A stretch of 64,000 nucleotides of DNA from an uncultured Desulfovibrionaceae bacterium (GTDB taxonomy: Bacteria > Bacillota > Dethiobacteria > DTU022 > UBA8154): assembly GCA_964603615.1 (NCBI GenBank), contig CAZRVU010000006.1, positions 12,249 to 76,248 on the forward strand. The letters are read 5' to 3'. The notes below the pieces were generated by a model. That model worked only from the letters and a program-made list of their open reading frames with translations. It searched no databases and was not told the origin of the DNA. Of this stretch, positions 29,924-40,714 are shown in pieces. How positions within the stretch are numbered: the first letter of the stretch is position 1; every line of letters starts with the position of its first letter. The position numbers and the translations under genes are program-made.

Positions 29924-30706
29924 TCATAGGTCACCCCAAAGGTAGAGTAACACTGCCAGCACAGCCAGGGGAGCTGTTTCAGCTCTTAAAATACGTGGCC
30001 CCAGGGTTACTGGAAAAACCCAGGGGAGTTTCTTTAGTTTTTCCATTTCCCCGGGCGCAATGCCTCCTTCTGGCCCGGTAAAGATGCTTATCGACCGGGG
30101 AGGGTCTTTAATTGTTGCTGCAAAGTGCTGCAATCTTTTTTCTTTTTCTTCTTCCCAGGGAATGAGCACCGGCTCTTCCCCGGATAATAGGCCAAGCATT
30201 TCCTTAAAATAAAGAGGTTTGGAGATCTCCGGAACAAAACTGCGGCGGCATTGTGCTGCTGCAGCAAAAGCAATATTTTGCCAGCGGTGGGTCCGGGCCT
30301 CCCCTTTTTTGCCGTTTAATTTTACAACTGTCCTCTCTGTTAGGACTGGCACAATTTTCATTACACCTAATTCTACAGATTGACGGATAACTTGTTCCAT
30401 CTTTTCGCCCTTTGTAATCCCCAGAAACAAAGAAACCTCCAAAGGGGGTTCTGAATTTCCCTGCAGTTTGTGTAAAATAGTGGCAACAGCTTTTTGTTTT
30501 CGCGTTTCCAAAATTAGGAGACGGGCGGCAAAAGCGTTGCCCCGCCCATCGGCAAGGACAATATCATCACCATTTTTTAAGCGTGCCGCCTTGATATGGG
30601 CAAATATACTCCCCTGCAAAACAATATTATTATGCTGCAGTTCCCCCGGGGGAAGAAAAAACCAGAAGGACACTTCGTTTTCTCCTGTGTCATGTTTACT
30701 TTGCAT
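29924..30706 (-). CDS. rsmE: 16S rRNA m3U1498 methyltransferase RsmE
   Basis: KGEKMEQVIRQSVELGV, AAAQCRR..VP, FTGPEGG, LGPRILRAETA. Confidence 0.95.
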   Translation of the reverse strand: MQSKHDTGENEVSFWFFLPPGELQHNNIVLQGSIFAHIKAARLKNGDDIVLADGRGNAFAARLLILETRKQKAVATILHKLQGNSEPPLEVSLFLGITKGEKMEQVIRQSVELGVMKIVPVLTERTVVKLNGKKGEARTHRWQNIAFAAAAQCRRSFVPEISKPLYFKEMLGLLSGEEPVLIPWEEEKEKRLQHFAATIKDPPRSISIFTGPEGGIAPGEMEKLKKLPWVFPVTLGPRILRAETAPLAVLAVLLYLWGDL

Positions 30707-31829
30707 TAAAAGTTTTCTTTACACGCCCCAAAAACCCCTTATCCTCTTGTTCCGGAATTTCCAGACCACAAACCATAGCAAATTCTCGTAATAATTTTTT
30801 CTGGTGGATGTCCAACCGGCGCGGTACCTCCACTCTTATTTTTATCAGTTGATCCCCCCGACCAAAGCCATGTAACGAAGGCACCCCTTTTCCCTTAAGG
30901 CGGAAAACAGCTCCGGGTTGGGTTCCCTCGGGGATGCGCAACTTGGCCTTGCCTTCCAGGGTAGGCACGACAATTTCTCCCCCTAAGGCAACTTGCACAA
31001 AATTGAGCGGTATTTCACAAACTAGATCATTATCCTGGCGTTTAAATATTTCGTGAGGGCGAACATGAATGATTACATAAAGATCGCCCGGGCCTCCTCC
31101 TTTTGTTCCTGCCTCCCCTTCACCAGAAACGCGCAACCTTGAGCCATTGTCCACACCGGGAGGGGTTTTTATCTCGATTTTTCTTTCCCTCATTACGCGT
31201 CCCTCTCCCCGGCATTGCGGACAGGGCTTTTCGATAATCCGGCCTTCACCGCGACATTTTTCACAAGTAATTACGCTGACAAGCCGGCCAAAGGCAGTAT
31301 TGCGTATAACCTGCTGTTGCCCTGTACCCCCGCAAGCTGGGCAGGTAACAGGAACGGTGCCTTCCCTGGCCCCTGTTCCGCCACAAACAGGACAATTTTC
31401 TGCTCGTGGAATCTGAATAAAAATTATTTTTCCCTGAACGGCTTCTTTCAAGGTTATTTCCAGATCATAGCGCAAATCTGCACCACGCCGGGCCGCCGAT
31501 GCTGTAGCACGACGGCCCCTGCCTGTGTTAAAACCACCCCCAAATATACTATCAAAAATATCTTCAAACCCGTTGGTAAAACCGCCAAACCCGCCCCCGA
31601 ATCCCTGAAAAACATCCCCGTCATGGCCAAAGCGATCGTAGCTTTCCCTTCTTTGGGGGTCACTGAGAACATCATAAGCTTCTTTGGCTTCCTTAAACCT
31701 TTCTTCTCCATCTTCACCGGAGCTAACATCGGGATGATATTGACGCGCTAGCTTACGGTATGCTTTTTTAATTTCTTCTTGATCAGCATCCTTTTTTAGA
31801 CCTAGGATTTCATAGTAATCTCTCTTCAA
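30696..31829 (-). CDS. dnaJ: Chaperone DnaJ
   Basis: J-domain with HPD, G/F region, four CxxCxGxG repeats. Confidence 0.98.
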   Translation of the reverse strand: MKRDYYEILGLKKDADQEEIKKAYRKLARQYHPDVSSGEDGEERFKEAKEAYDVLSDPQRRESYDRFGHDGDVFQGFGGGFGGFTNGFEDIFDSIFGGGFNTGRGRRATASAARRGADLRYDLEITLKEAVQGKIIFIQIPRAENCPVCGGTGAREGTVPVTCPACGGTGQQQVIRNTAFGRLVSVITCEKCRGEGRIIEKPCPQCRGEGRVMRERKIEIKTPPGVDNGSRLRVSGEGEAGTKGGGPGDLYVIIHVRPHEIFKRQDNDLVCEIPLNFVQVALGGEIVVPTLEGKAKLRIPEGTQPGAVFRLKGKGVPSLHGFGRGDQLIKIRVEVPRRLDIHQKKLLREFAMVCGLEIPEQEDKGFLGRVKKTFNAK

Positions 31830-31859
31830 AATTATTCCGCCCCTTTAAATAAAACCTTA

Positions 31860-33731
31860 CTATTTACCTTCTTCATCCATTACTTCATAATCAGCGTCAT
31901 AAACTTCTTCTTGTTTGCCGCCCGGGGCTGATCCGGCTTGATCGTGTTGCGTATGGGGCCCTTCCCCTGCACCGGCTGAGCCAGCTTGACTTTCCCGCTG
32001 GGCTTGTTCATATAGTTTAGTGGAAACCTCATGCAAAAGACTGCTCAACTGCTCAGAAGCATCTTTAATTTTTTGTAGATCATCACCGGTAACAGTTTCC
32101 CTTAACTTCCCAATTGCCCCTTCAATGCGTTCCTTGGCAGCACTGTCTACTTTATCGCCCAGTTCCCGCAGCGTTTTTTCAGTAGAATATATTAAAGTAT
32201 CAGCCTGGTTACGTGCCTCAGCCAGCTCTTTAATCTTTTTGTCTTCTGCAGCAAATTTTTGAGCATCCCCTACCATTTTGTCGATATCATTTTTATCCAA
32301 ACCGGAAGAAGCAGTAATCGTTACTTTCTGCTCTTTACCGGTCCCCAAATCTTTAGCCGTTACATTGACGATACCGTTGGCGTCAATGTCAAAAGAAACC
32401 TCTATCTGCGGAATACCGCGTGGCGCCGGCGGGATACCGTCGAGCATAAAACGTCCCAACGTTTTATTTCCTGCGGACATAGCCCGTTCACCCTGTAGAA
32501 CATGAATCTCCACGCTGGTTTGACTATCTGCAGCCGTAGAAAATATCTGTTTTTTATCTGTGGGTATAGTCGTATTCCTTTCAATAATTTTGGTAAAAAC
32601 ACCGCCCAGAGTTTCGATGCCAAGAGAAAGAGGAGTTACATCCAGTAGCAAAACATCCTTTACTTCCCCCGCCAAAACCCCCCCCTGGATTGCCGCTCCT
32701 AAAGCAACAACTTCATCGGGGTTAACGCCTTTGTGAGGTTCCTTACCTAAAAGATCCTTGATTACCTTCTGTACTAATGGAACCCTTGTCGAACCGCCAA
32801 CGAGGACTACCTGATTAATTTCTTTTGTTTCCAAACCAGAATCAGCTAGTGCCTGACGTAAAGGGCCCATGCTTTTTTCCACTAAATCCTCGATTAGTTC
32901 TTCAAATTTTGCCCTGTTAAGCGTCAGATCGAGGTGCTTGGGTCCATCAGCCGTAGCAGTAATGAAAGGAAGGTTAATGTTGCTGCTTGTTACACTAGAA
33001 AGTTCAATTTTTGCTTTTTCTGCAGCATCTTTTAGGCGTTGCAGCGCAGTGCGATCCTTGCTCAAATCCACTCCCGTTTCCTTTTTAAATTCGGAAACTA
33101 GATAAGTGATCACTCGTTCGTCGAAGTCATCGCCACCCAAGCGGTTGTTTCCGCTGGTAGCTTTAACCTCCACCACTCCTTCCCCCAGCTCCAAAATGGA
33201 GACATCAAAAGTCCCTCCGCCAAGGTCATAGACAAGAATAGTATGATCTTCTCCTTTGTCTAATCCGTAAGCCAAAGCTGCTGCTGTAGGCTCGTTGATA
33301 ATGCGCATGACCTCCAATCCGGCAATACGACCGGCATCCTTTGTAGCTTGCCGCTGGCTGTCTGAAAAATAAGCGGGGACAGTAATAACTGCTTTATCAA
33401 CTTTTTCCCCTAAGTAGCTTTCAGCATCAGCTTTAAGTTTCTGCAAAATCATGGCAGATATTTCCTGTGGCGTATATTCCTCTTCACCAATTTTAGCTTT
33501 GAAATTAGTGCCCATTTCCCTTTTTATCGAGAGAACCGTCCGCTCAGGGTTGGTAATCGATTGGCGTTTAGCCACTTGACCGACCATTCTTTCCCCTTCT
33601 CTGGTAAAAGCCACTACAGAAGGAGTTAACCTGCTACCTTCAGCATTCGGCATAATTTCCGGCACACCGCCTTCCAAAACAGCAACGGCACAATTTGTTG
33701 TTCCCAGATCAATACCGATAATTTTTGACAT
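31860..33731 (-). CDS. dnaK: Chaperone DnaK
   Basis: [47 protein letters not shown]. Confidence 0.99.
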   Translation of the reverse strand: MSKIIGIDLGTTNCAVAVLEGGVPEIMPNAEGSRLTPSVVAFTREGERMVGQVAKRQSITNPERTVLSIKREMGTNFKAKIGEEEYTPQEISAMILQKLKADAESYLGEKVDKAVITVPAYFSDSQRQATKDAGRIAGLEVMRIINEPTAAALAYGLDKGEDHTILVYDLGGGTFDVSILELGEGVVEVKATSGNNRLGGDDFDERVITYLVSEFKKETGVDLSKDRTALQRLKDAAEKAKIELSSVTSSNINLPFITATADGPKHLDLTLNRAKFEELIEDLVEKSMGPLRQALADSGLETKEINQVVLVGGSTRVPLVQKVIKDLLGKEPHKGVNPDEVVALGAAIQGGVLAGEVKDVLLLDVTPLSLGIETLGGVFTKIIERNTTIPTDKKQIFSTAADSQTSVEIHVLQGERAMSAGNKTLGRFMLDGIPPAPRGIPQIEVSFDIDANGIVNVTAKDLGTGKEQKVTITASSGLDKNDIDKMVGDAQKFAAEDKKIKELAEARNQADTLIYSTEKTLRELGDKVDSAAKERIEGAIGKLRETVTGDDLQKIKDASEQLSSLLHEVSTKLYEQAQRESQAGSAGAGEGPHTQHDQAGSAPGGKQEEVYDADYEVMDEEGK

Positions 33732-33795
33732 TGATATTCCCTCCTTTGATAAAAACCTTCTTCTTATTTAATAACCCGGCAGATTATTCACCCGT

Positions 33796-34407
33796 TTAAT
33801 CTGCAGAAACCTTGACCTTGCTTGCCCGAAGGACCCTTCCATGCATAATGTACCCTTTTTGCAGCTCTTCCACAACTGTACCGGGCGGATAATCAGAATT
33901 GTCTTCTTTTAAAACTGCCTCATGAAAATGAGGATCAAATAGTTCGCCACTGCTTTTGATCGGAGTAACACCTTCACTGAACAAAATTTCCATAAAATGC
34001 TTTTTAACCATTTCCAGTCCTTCCCTAATGCCAGCAGGGCTTTCTTGCAAAGCTGAGAGGGCCCTTTCTAGATTATCAATTGCAGGTAAAATTTTTTGAA
34101 CAAGATTAAAGTTTGCCAGGGTAAACATTTCTTCTTTTTCAGCACGAACCCGTTTGCGGAAATTATCAAAGTCAGCTTGTAGTCTTAACAGCCTATTCTT
34201 TATCCCGGCGTTTTCTTGTTCAAGTGTGGTTATCTTCTGCTCTAGTTCTTCCACAACCAGAGTTCCGTTTTCTTCACCACTTTTTGAATTATCTATTTCC
34301 TTCCCAGTTGTTAAAATATTATTCTTTATACCGTTTTCCTGCCGGACAGGCAACCCCTTCCCTTCCTCGGAAATGCCTGGAAACCGGTGAAGTTTTTTAT
34401 CCTTCAC
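33796..34407 (-). CDS. grpE: Nucleotide exchange factor GrpE
   Basis: LLRLQADFDNFRKR, FDPHFHEAV, LQKGY.MHGRVLRASKVKV. Confidence 0.96.
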   Translation of the reverse strand: MKDKKLHRFPGISEEGKGLPVRQENGIKNNILTTGKEIDNSKSGEENGTLVVEELEQKITTLEQENAGIKNRLLRLQADFDNFRKRVRAEKEEMFTLANFNLVQKILPAIDNLERALSALQESPAGIREGLEMVKKHFMEILFSEGVTPIKSSGELFDPHFHEAVLKEDNSDYPPGTVVEELQKGYIMHGRVLRASKVKVSAD

Positions 34408-34431
34408 AGTGTTTCACTCCTATCTTTAAGT

Positions 34432-35451
34432 TTAAAGCTTTCGGAGATGGCTTACAATTTGCTGAAGAACAGCCACCGTTTTTGCATATTCCATGCGCGT
34501 AGGCCCTAACACGGCAATCGTCCCCATTATTTCCCTGCCAAGATAATAAGTAGCCATGACCAAACTGCATTCTTGCACTTCTTTCAATATATTTTCTTTG
34601 CCGATGCGGATCACTATATCCCCTACACCGGCCACCGGCCTATCCAACAATGTTGCTAAAAGAGAATGCTGTTCAAATAGGGAAAGCAGGGCCTTAATTT
34701 TCTTAATGTCCTCAAATTCTGGCTGGTTAAGTATATTACTTGTGCCTCCCAAGAAAACACGCCTTTCATCTTCAGCAAGGCTATCTTCCAACAGCATGAA
34801 GGTATCTTCCAGAAATTGAATATGTTGGTAAAGATCACGACGTAGTTCACCAATTAGGCTGGAGGTAATTTTATCAATGGTAAGGCCTTCCAGCCGTTGG
34901 TTGAGATAAGCAACAATGCGACCCAGTTCACCGGAGGAAAGCGTCCGCGGAAGATTAATTACCTTATTTTTAACAAATCCCGTATCAGCCACAAGAACAA
35001 GTAGACCCCTTTGATAATCCACGGGCATAATTTGCAGTTTTTTAAAAGCACTTTTTTTAAGCTGCGGTCCTAAGATAAGCGAAGTATAGTTGGTTAAAAA
35101 GGAAAGAAGCTGTGAAGTATGCTTGATAATTTCTTCTATTTCTTTTAATTTTTCATATTCATATACTTCTTTGATCTTTATTTTTTCTTCTTCCTCCAGA
35201 ACAGGGGCTTCCATCAACCGATCCACATAATAACGGTATCCTTTTTGGGAGGGAACCCTCCCGGCAGACGTATGTGGTTGAAAAAGATAACCGGCCTCTT
35301 CGAGATCAGCCATTTCATTACGAATTGTTGCCGAACTCAAACCTATTTTATAACGCTTGGCAATAGTGCGGGAACCGATTGGTTGGGCAGATTTAACATG
35401 TTCGGCGATAATGGCATGCAGGATTATTTGTTTACGTAAATTGAGACCCAT
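34432..35451 (-). CDS. hrcA: Heat-inducible transcription repressor HrcA (start reassigned to the ATG at 35451, downstream of CIRCE)
   Basis: PIGSRTIAK, SSATIRNEMADLEE.GYL.QPHTSAGRVPS.KGYRYYVD, GPTRMEY. Confidence 0.97.
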   Translation of the reverse strand: MGLNLRKQIILHAIIAEHVKSAQPIGSRTIAKRYKIGLSSATIRNEMADLEEAGYLFQPHTSAGRVPSQKGYRYYVDRLMEAPVLEEEEKIKIKEVYEYEKLKEIEEIIKHTSQLLSFLTNYTSLILGPQLKKSAFKKLQIMPVDYQRGLLVLVADTGFVKNKVINLPRTLSSGELGRIVAYLNQRLEGLTIDKITSSLIGELRRDLYQHIQFLEDTFMLLEDSLAEDERRVFLGGTSNILNQPEFEDIKKIKALLSLFEQHSLLATLLDRPVAGVGDIVIRIGKENILKEVQECSLVMATYYLGREIMGTIAVLGPTRMEYAKTVAVLQQIVSHLRKL

Positions 35452-35468
35452 ATCTTTTCCCCTGTCTG

Positions 35469-35495
35469 TTAGCACTCCACTGAAGAGAGTGCTAA
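35469..35495. promoter_or_regulatory. CIRCE element (HrcA operator)
   Basis: Perfect TTAGCACTC-N9-GAGTGCTAA. Confidence 0.98.
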
Positions 35496-35508
35496 CCATT
35501 CTTTTTTT

Positions 35509-35537
35509 ACAATAACATCCACTAAATATTTTGTCAA
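35509..35537 (-). promoter_or_regulatory. Sigma-A promoter of the hrcA-dnaK operon
   Basis: TTGACA (35537-35532), 17-bp spacer, TATTGT with TG extension, directly upstream of CIRCE. Confidence 0.8.
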
Positions 35538-35679
35538 GTAGAAAACTTGTTTTTCAATCTTTTAATGATGCATCTAGCTTGTCTAATATTTAAATATATG
35601 TGTTTTTTAAGGATTTGATCATAAAATATCAGGCGGGGGTTTTGCTTGATCGCAATTTGTTACTGACCATATTTTTAAT

Positions 35680-37353
35680 TTAACCAAAAAGTTCAATAAA
35701 CCTTGCTACTAGTTCGGGATCAAGCTGTATGCCAGCAGAATGCTGGAGCTCGGCGATAGCTTCCTCGTGTGATAGCGCGCAGCGGTAAGTATGATTACTA
35801 ATCATCGTATGATACGCATTGACAATTGAAAGAACATGATAAAAGCGGGACGTTTCATTCTGCTGCAAGTTTTTACTAGAAGCATTTTTGCCCCACTGGG
35901 CATGATAGGAAGAAAATAAATGCGGGGGAATAGAAAGAAAATTTAATTCCTCCGGCTTTAATCCCACTTTTTCACCAAAAACAAGTGCCATCTTTCGTGC
36001 CTGTTCATTAATAAACAAAGGGAAACCTTTCGCAAAGATAGCAGAAAGAGCCGCTAGCGACGAACGGGGTATTGAATCCTGAGAATACGTTAATTTTTTA
36101 ATTTTATCAAGATACATAACACGATCGGCTTCACGAAAAACATCCATAAGAGAATGCCCGGTCGTAGTAAAAGTACTGGTCCCTAGGGAAATACTTAAGG
36201 GAAGTTGGGGATTGTCTTCGTTATAGGATCTTACACACTCCTTAATGCGTTCACAGGCCTGCTGCGCGATATCAAAAGGGGTGTGAGGTAAAATAACAGC
36301 GAACTCATCGCCACCAATGCGGGCCACAACATCCGAAGAACGAAAAGGTTGGCTCATAACCCTCGCTGTCGCTTGAAGTAGAAGATCCCCCTGATCATGA
36401 CCTAAAAAATCGTTGACGGGCTTCAGGTTATCCACATCACAGACAATAATGCTTACCGGACAGAAACGGGGAGTATCTAGCCGGTGTAGCTCTTCTGCAA
36501 AGTAACCCCTATTGTATAAGCCGGTAAGAGCATCGTGAATACTCAGGTATTCCAGCCTTTCTGCAACTTTTTTACGTTCGGTAATATCTATCTCCATACG
36601 TATGGCCTCTAAACAATATCCTTCCTCCAAAACAGGAAACATACTGAAATAAACCCAACGTTTTTCACCATCAGCCGTCACTATGGAGCACTCCCGTGCT
36701 TCAACAGGGCTTTTTTCCTCAAAAACCCGTTTAAGATCTTCCTTAAACTGCTTGGCTTCTAGACTTTCTAAAAAAAGTTCATGAAAAGGTTTTTCCAGGA
36801 CTTCACGCTTACTTTTTCCATACAACCTTTCAGAAACAGGATTCCAATGGTAGATGCAACCATTAGCATCAAAACTCTGAATGGCTACCAAGGGAGTATA
36901 TTCGATAATTGATTCAAAACGGCCCAGAACATCCGCAAGCGCCTTCTCCGCCCACTTGCGTTCAGTAATATCCCGGGCCACCCCTCTAATTTCTGTGTTT
37001 TTATCATTTTGTCGGTAGACAACAACATTAAATTCTAAGAAACGCTCTTGTTTTTTTTTGGTTAGCAGACAGAGCACTTTTCGAATATAATTCTCTTTAT
37101 CAATTTTTCGCAAATAATGAAAATAGTTGGTTAAAAAACGAGGTGAGATAAAATCTTTTATGCTTTTTTGCAGTACCTCCCGGGGCGTATAATCGAGAAG
37201 CTTTGAAACAAAGGAGTTTACATATATTATTTTTCCTTCTAAATTATGAATAATAAACAGATCTGGGACTTCTTCAAAAATATTAGAAAAAACACTATCT
37301 ACACCACCTGCATCTACCATATTCTTATTCCTTTCATTGTTGATAGTATCCAT
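35680..37353 (-). CDS. PAS-PAS-GGDEF diguanylate cyclase with a degenerate HD-GYP remnant
   Basis: Two PAS/PAC repeats (RDITERK, EIDITERK), HDALTGLYNR, RSSD I-site, RIGGDEF; C-terminus ...YHTMISNHTYR.ALSHEEAIAELQHSAG.QLDPELV..F without the HD or GYP motif. Confidence 0.88.
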   Translation of the reverse strand: MDTINNERNKNMVDAGGVDSVFSNIFEEVPDLFIIHNLEGKIIYVNSFVSKLLDYTPREVLQKSIKDFISPRFLTNYFHYLRKIDKENYIRKVLCLLTKKKQERFLEFNVVVYRQNDKNTEIRGVARDITERKWAEKALADVLGRFESIIEYTPLVAIQSFDANGCIYHWNPVSERLYGKSKREVLEKPFHELFLESLEAKQFKEDLKRVFEEKSPVEARECSIVTADGEKRWVYFSMFPVLEEGYCLEAIRMEIDITERKKVAERLEYLSIHDALTGLYNRGYFAEELHRLDTPRFCPVSIIVCDVDNLKPVNDFLGHDQGDLLLQATARVMSQPFRSSDVVARIGGDEFAVILPHTPFDIAQQACERIKECVRSYNEDNPQLPLSISLGTSTFTTTGHSLMDVFREADRVMYLDKIKKLTYSQDSIPRSSLAALSAIFAKGFPLFINEQARKMALVFGEKVGLKPEELNFLSIPPHLFSSYHAQWGKNASSKNLQQNETSRFYHVLSIVNAYHTMISNHTYRCALSHEEAIAELQHSAGIQLDPELVARFIELFG

Positions 37354-37443
37354 CCTAACATTTCTGACACTAGTTGATGCCTTCTTTATTATAACAGATT
37401 AACCATAAATTGTAGATATAATAAAAATATTACAATTCGGAAT

Positions 37444-37683
37444 TTAACTGCTTGGTTGTGGTTGCCCTAAGCCTAAGCGAAGTATCTTTGCAAACGTTAT
37501 ACAATATTTATTACCGGCAAAAACAATTATTATTTTATCGCATTTCAACTCGCAGCTTAAAGCACCTGCCGGACCCGGAAAAGCAGTAAGCTCTAGCACA
37601 CCTTTTTCGGCAACATAAAGACCGCCGTAAAACAGTATTAAAAATATAAAGATCCCCAATAAAAACAAGGCTGCACTCTTCAT
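37444..37683 (-). CDS. Small membrane protein downstream of spoIIP (YqxA-like position)
   Basis: Hydrophobic N-terminus, G.YVAEKG..EL motif, RBS AAGGAG. Confidence 0.55.
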   Translation of the reverse strand: MKSAALFLLGIFIFLILFYGGLYVAEKGVLELTAFPGPAGALSCELKCDKIIIVFAGNKYCITFAKILRLGLGQPQPSS

Positions 37684-37779
37684 ATCGGATTGTATATCTC
37701 CTTTGTAAACCTTCAGCTTATATTTTTAACCAAAATGCTTTGATTATCCTCTTTTTCGTACCGGCGCCCAAATTTGACC

Positions 37780-38889
37780 CTATCTAAACGCCTCCCCCAG
37801 CACCTCTGCCAAATAAGGAATAGATCCTAGTAGCTCCTCTTTACTATTTTCATGGCCACCGATCTCTATAAGGATGCTACGCGGGTGTAAATGTTGGTTG
37901 TAACAGGCAAAAACATTTTTTAAGATACCCCGGGAAATATCCGGGCATCTTCTTTGCAGGATGTCTTCTAGAAAAAGTGCAAAACGCAGGTTGCTGGACC
38001 ACCCCTGGTGATGAGTTTCAATGACAAAAAGAATTCTGGCGATATCCCGTCCCGAAATATTTGCTGTCGTAATTTTCCGGGAAACACCATCGCGGTGCAG
38101 ATCTAGGACCACTTCTATTTGTGGATTCTGCTGCAGTATTTTTTCTATAACAGGACTAGCTTTCTGATAAGCCTTGCCCCGGGGTTGATCAAATACTTCC
38201 CGGTGGTGCAAAACGGGAATACCATAATCCTCTTGCAATGTTTGGGCCAAAGCTGCACCAAGGAAGACAATAGTCTGTTTTGGATCGGTTGCATATATTT
38301 CCCCAGAAACAGGAAGAAAAGATTCGCTGGTATGCGTGTGGTAGATCAAAAGCAAGGGTTTCTCATCTTTGAAGGTAAAGGGCTTTTCCCGTGCCGGCAT
38401 CGTATTTTCCCCCGCTAAAAAATCAGCATTCTCCTCCGACTCCTTTGCCCCCCATTCCGGGACATTGGCATCCATTTCAACGGCAGAGGAAAAAACCGTT
38501 TTCGAAGCTACTAAGGTCTGAAGACCGGCCAACTCACTACTCAACAACAGATGCGGATAATCCTGCCAAAGGGAAGATTGGGGATAAATATCTGTTTCTT
38601 TAGCGGGTTCTTCTGCTTTTTCCCGGGGAAGCAAGCCTGGCAGGGTATGGGAAATTAAAGTGATATAATCCAGGCAAAAAAATCTGCCTGCAATAATTGC
38701 CTTAAAATTTTCGGGAATTAAAAACAAATTAGCATTCAGAGGAAAAATAAAAAGAATAACAGCTATAATTAAACCAATGGCGATCAAAGATGAAATATAG
38801 CTCCGGCCCGGGAGGATTTTGCAACCAAAATAACGTAAAAAATGTAATTTTCTAGAACGTCCCGCTAAAACACGTTTTTTTAGAATCAA
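37780..38889 (-). CDS. spoIIP: Stage II sporulation protein P
   Basis: LLIYHTHTSESF, VLDLHRDG, YNQHLHPRSILIEIGGHENS.EE. Confidence 0.93.
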   Translation of the reverse strand: MILKKRVLAGRSRKLHFLRYFGCKILPGRSYISSLIAIGLIIAVILFIFPLNANLFLIPENFKAIIAGRFFCLDYITLISHTLPGLLPREKAEEPAKETDIYPQSSLWQDYPHLLLSSELAGLQTLVASKTVFSSAVEMDANVPEWGAKESEENADFLAGENTMPAREKPFTFKDEKPLLLIYHTHTSESFLPVSGEIYATDPKQTIVFLGAALAQTLQEDYGIPVLHHREVFDQPRGKAYQKASPVIEKILQQNPQIEVVLDLHRDGVSRKITTANISGRDIARILFVIETHHQGWSSNLRFALFLEDILQRRCPDISRGILKNVFACYNQHLHPRSILIEIGGHENSKEELLGSIPYLAEVLGEAFR

Positions 38890-38924
38890 AAAAACCCTCC
38901 CCCTTTAAAAAAGTCGCATTTATA

Positions 38925-38954
38925 TAAATATGCGAGGAGAGGGCTTAAATATGC
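38925..38954 (-). promoter_or_regulatory. Candidate sigma-E promoter of spoIIP
   Basis: GCATATT (38954-38948), 15-bp spacer, CATATTTA (38932-38925). Confidence 0.5.
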
Positions 38955-38957
38955 CCT

Positions 38958-39332
38958 TTATTTTGAAACCGTTTTTTTCCTGTAATCGGCGATAGCATTA
39001 CGCAAGGCATCGGCAGCCAGGTTGGAACAATGCAGTTTTGCAGGCGGCAGTCCCCCTAGCTCTTCCGCTACATCCATATTAGTCAAAGTCAAGGCTTCTT
39101 CCACAGTTTTTCCCTTGACCATTTCTGTTAAAGCGCTACTGCTAGCAATAGCTGCACCACAACCAAAGGTTAAAAATTTAATATCTTTGATAACATTATC
39201 TTCCACTTTAATGGAAATTTTCATGATATCCCCACATTGCATATTGCCAATTTCGCCTACACCGCTGGCATTATCTATCTCCCCCACATTACGGGGGTTA
39301 CGAAAATGTTCCAAAACTTTTTCATTATACAA
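38958..39332 (-). CDS. iscU: Fe-S scaffold protein IscU/NifU
   Basis: HFRNPRNVG, CGDIM, FLTFGCGAAIASSS, PPAKLHCSNLA. Confidence 0.96.
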   Translation of the reverse strand: MYNEKVLEHFRNPRNVGEIDNASGVGEIGNMQCGDIMKISIKVEDNVIKDIKFLTFGCGAAIASSSALTEMVKGKTVEEALTLTNMDVAEELGGLPPAKLHCSNLAADALRNAIADYRKKTVSK

Positions 39333-39438
39333 TGTTGTTTCCCCTCCCTAAATATTATTCTCATTGCCACTGCACGGCTTTACAACTTTACTTGCATAAG
39401 GGGGTTACTTCCCGTAGTTATCCAGGCTTGCTTTACTG

Positions 39439-40596
39439 CTATTTAATAATGGGGGACATTTCCCGCAATTTTAAAGTAATATCTTCAATTGCTTTCACTG
39501 CATAATCAAGATCTGCAGGAGTGTTGCCGTGGCCTAGCGTAAGACGCAGTGAACCCTGTGCTACATAAGGATCCAAACCAGCAGCCAGCAGCACATAGGA
39601 AGGTTCCAGCGAGCTAGCGGTACAAGCTGATCCGCTGGAAACAGCAATTCCCTTCAAATCCAGACCTAGTAATAAGGATTCTCCTTCAACATGTAGTACA
39701 CTGACGTTAACATTTCCCGGCAGCCTTTTCTCAGGATGTCCATTTAACCGGACATCTTTTATCTGCAGCAATTTTTTGATCAGGCGATCCCTCATTGTTT
39801 TTAAAGAGCTAATATTTTCTTCGAGATTCGTTTTGGCCAATTCTATAGCACGTCCCAACCCCACAGCACCAGGCAGGTTTTCTGTTCCGGGACGCAGGTT
39901 TTTTTCCTGTGCACCACCGAAAACAAGTTGTTCTATCCCAATATTCTTACGTACATAAAGAGCCCCTACTCCCTTCGGGCCATAAAACTTATGCGCAGAG
40001 AGAGAGAGTAAATCGATGGGTTGTTCTCTTAAATTAATATTCATATTGCCGATAGCTTGAACAGCATCCGTATGCAAATAGACGCCTTTTTGACTACAGA
40101 TGCGGCCTATTTCTTCAATAGGTTGGATAGTGCCAATCTCATTGTTGGCAGCCATAATCGATACCAGGATCGTGTTCTCCGTTATTGCAGCAACTAGTTC
40201 TGCGGGGTCAACCATGCCATATTGATCAACGGGCAAAAAAGTTGTATCAAATCCATTTTGGCCAAGATATCTGACCGTATCTAGAACAGCGTGATGTTCA
40301 ATGGAACTGGTAATTATATGCCGGCGCTTACCGGGAGCAGTAGATCTCGCCACCCCCTGAATAGCAAGATTGATAGCTTCCGTTCCCCCGGAGGTAAAAT
40401 AAATTTCTTCTGGAGAGGCACCCAGAGCCCACGCTACCTTTTCCCGGGCCGTTTCTAAAGCTTGGCGGGATTCCCGGCCCCAAGAATGCAGGCTGGAGGG
40501 GTTTCCAAAAGCCCCCTTCAGGTAAGGAAGCATAGCTGCCAGGACTTCATTGCCCAAGGGAGTAGTTGCAGCATGATCCAAATAAATTCTATGCAT
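39439..40596 (-). CDS. iscS: Cysteine desulfurase IscS/NifS
   Basis: IYLDHAATTP, GNPSSLH, HTDAVQ, SAHKFYGPKG, SSGSACT. Confidence 0.96.
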   Translation of the reverse strand: MHRIYLDHAATTPLGNEVLAAMLPYLKGAFGNPSSLHSWGRESRQALETAREKVAWALGASPEEIYFTSGGTEAINLAIQGVARSTAPGKRRHIITSSIEHHAVLDTVRYLGQNGFDTTFLPVDQYGMVDPAELVAAITENTILVSIMAANNEIGTIQPIEEIGRICSQKGVYLHTDAVQAIGNMNINLREQPIDLLSLSAHKFYGPKGVGALYVRKNIGIEQLVFGGAQEKNLRPGTENLPGAVGLGRAIELAKTNLEENISSLKTMRDRLIKKLLQIKDVRLNGHPEKRLPGNVNVSVLHVEGESLLLGLDLKGIAVSSGSACTASSLEPSYVLLAAGLDPYVAQGSLRLTLGHGNTPADLDYAVKAIEDITLKLREMSPIIK

Positions 40597-40689
40597 AAGG
40601 AAAAGCCCCTTTCAATTTTAAATACACCAACAGCTTAAATATAGATTGGAACTATCGTCCCCAAATTTTGCAAGCATGTCCTGAAAAAA

Positions 40690-40714
40690 ACTGATCGGGA
40701 TCAGTAATCGGGAT
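40690..40714. promoter_or_regulatory. Candidate operator upstream of iscS-iscU
   Basis: Palindrome ACTGATC-GG-GATCAGT (40690-40705) overlapping the direct repeat ATCGGGAT x2 (40694-40701, 40707-40714), just downstream of a minus-strand TATAAT (40726-40721). Confidence 0.45.
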
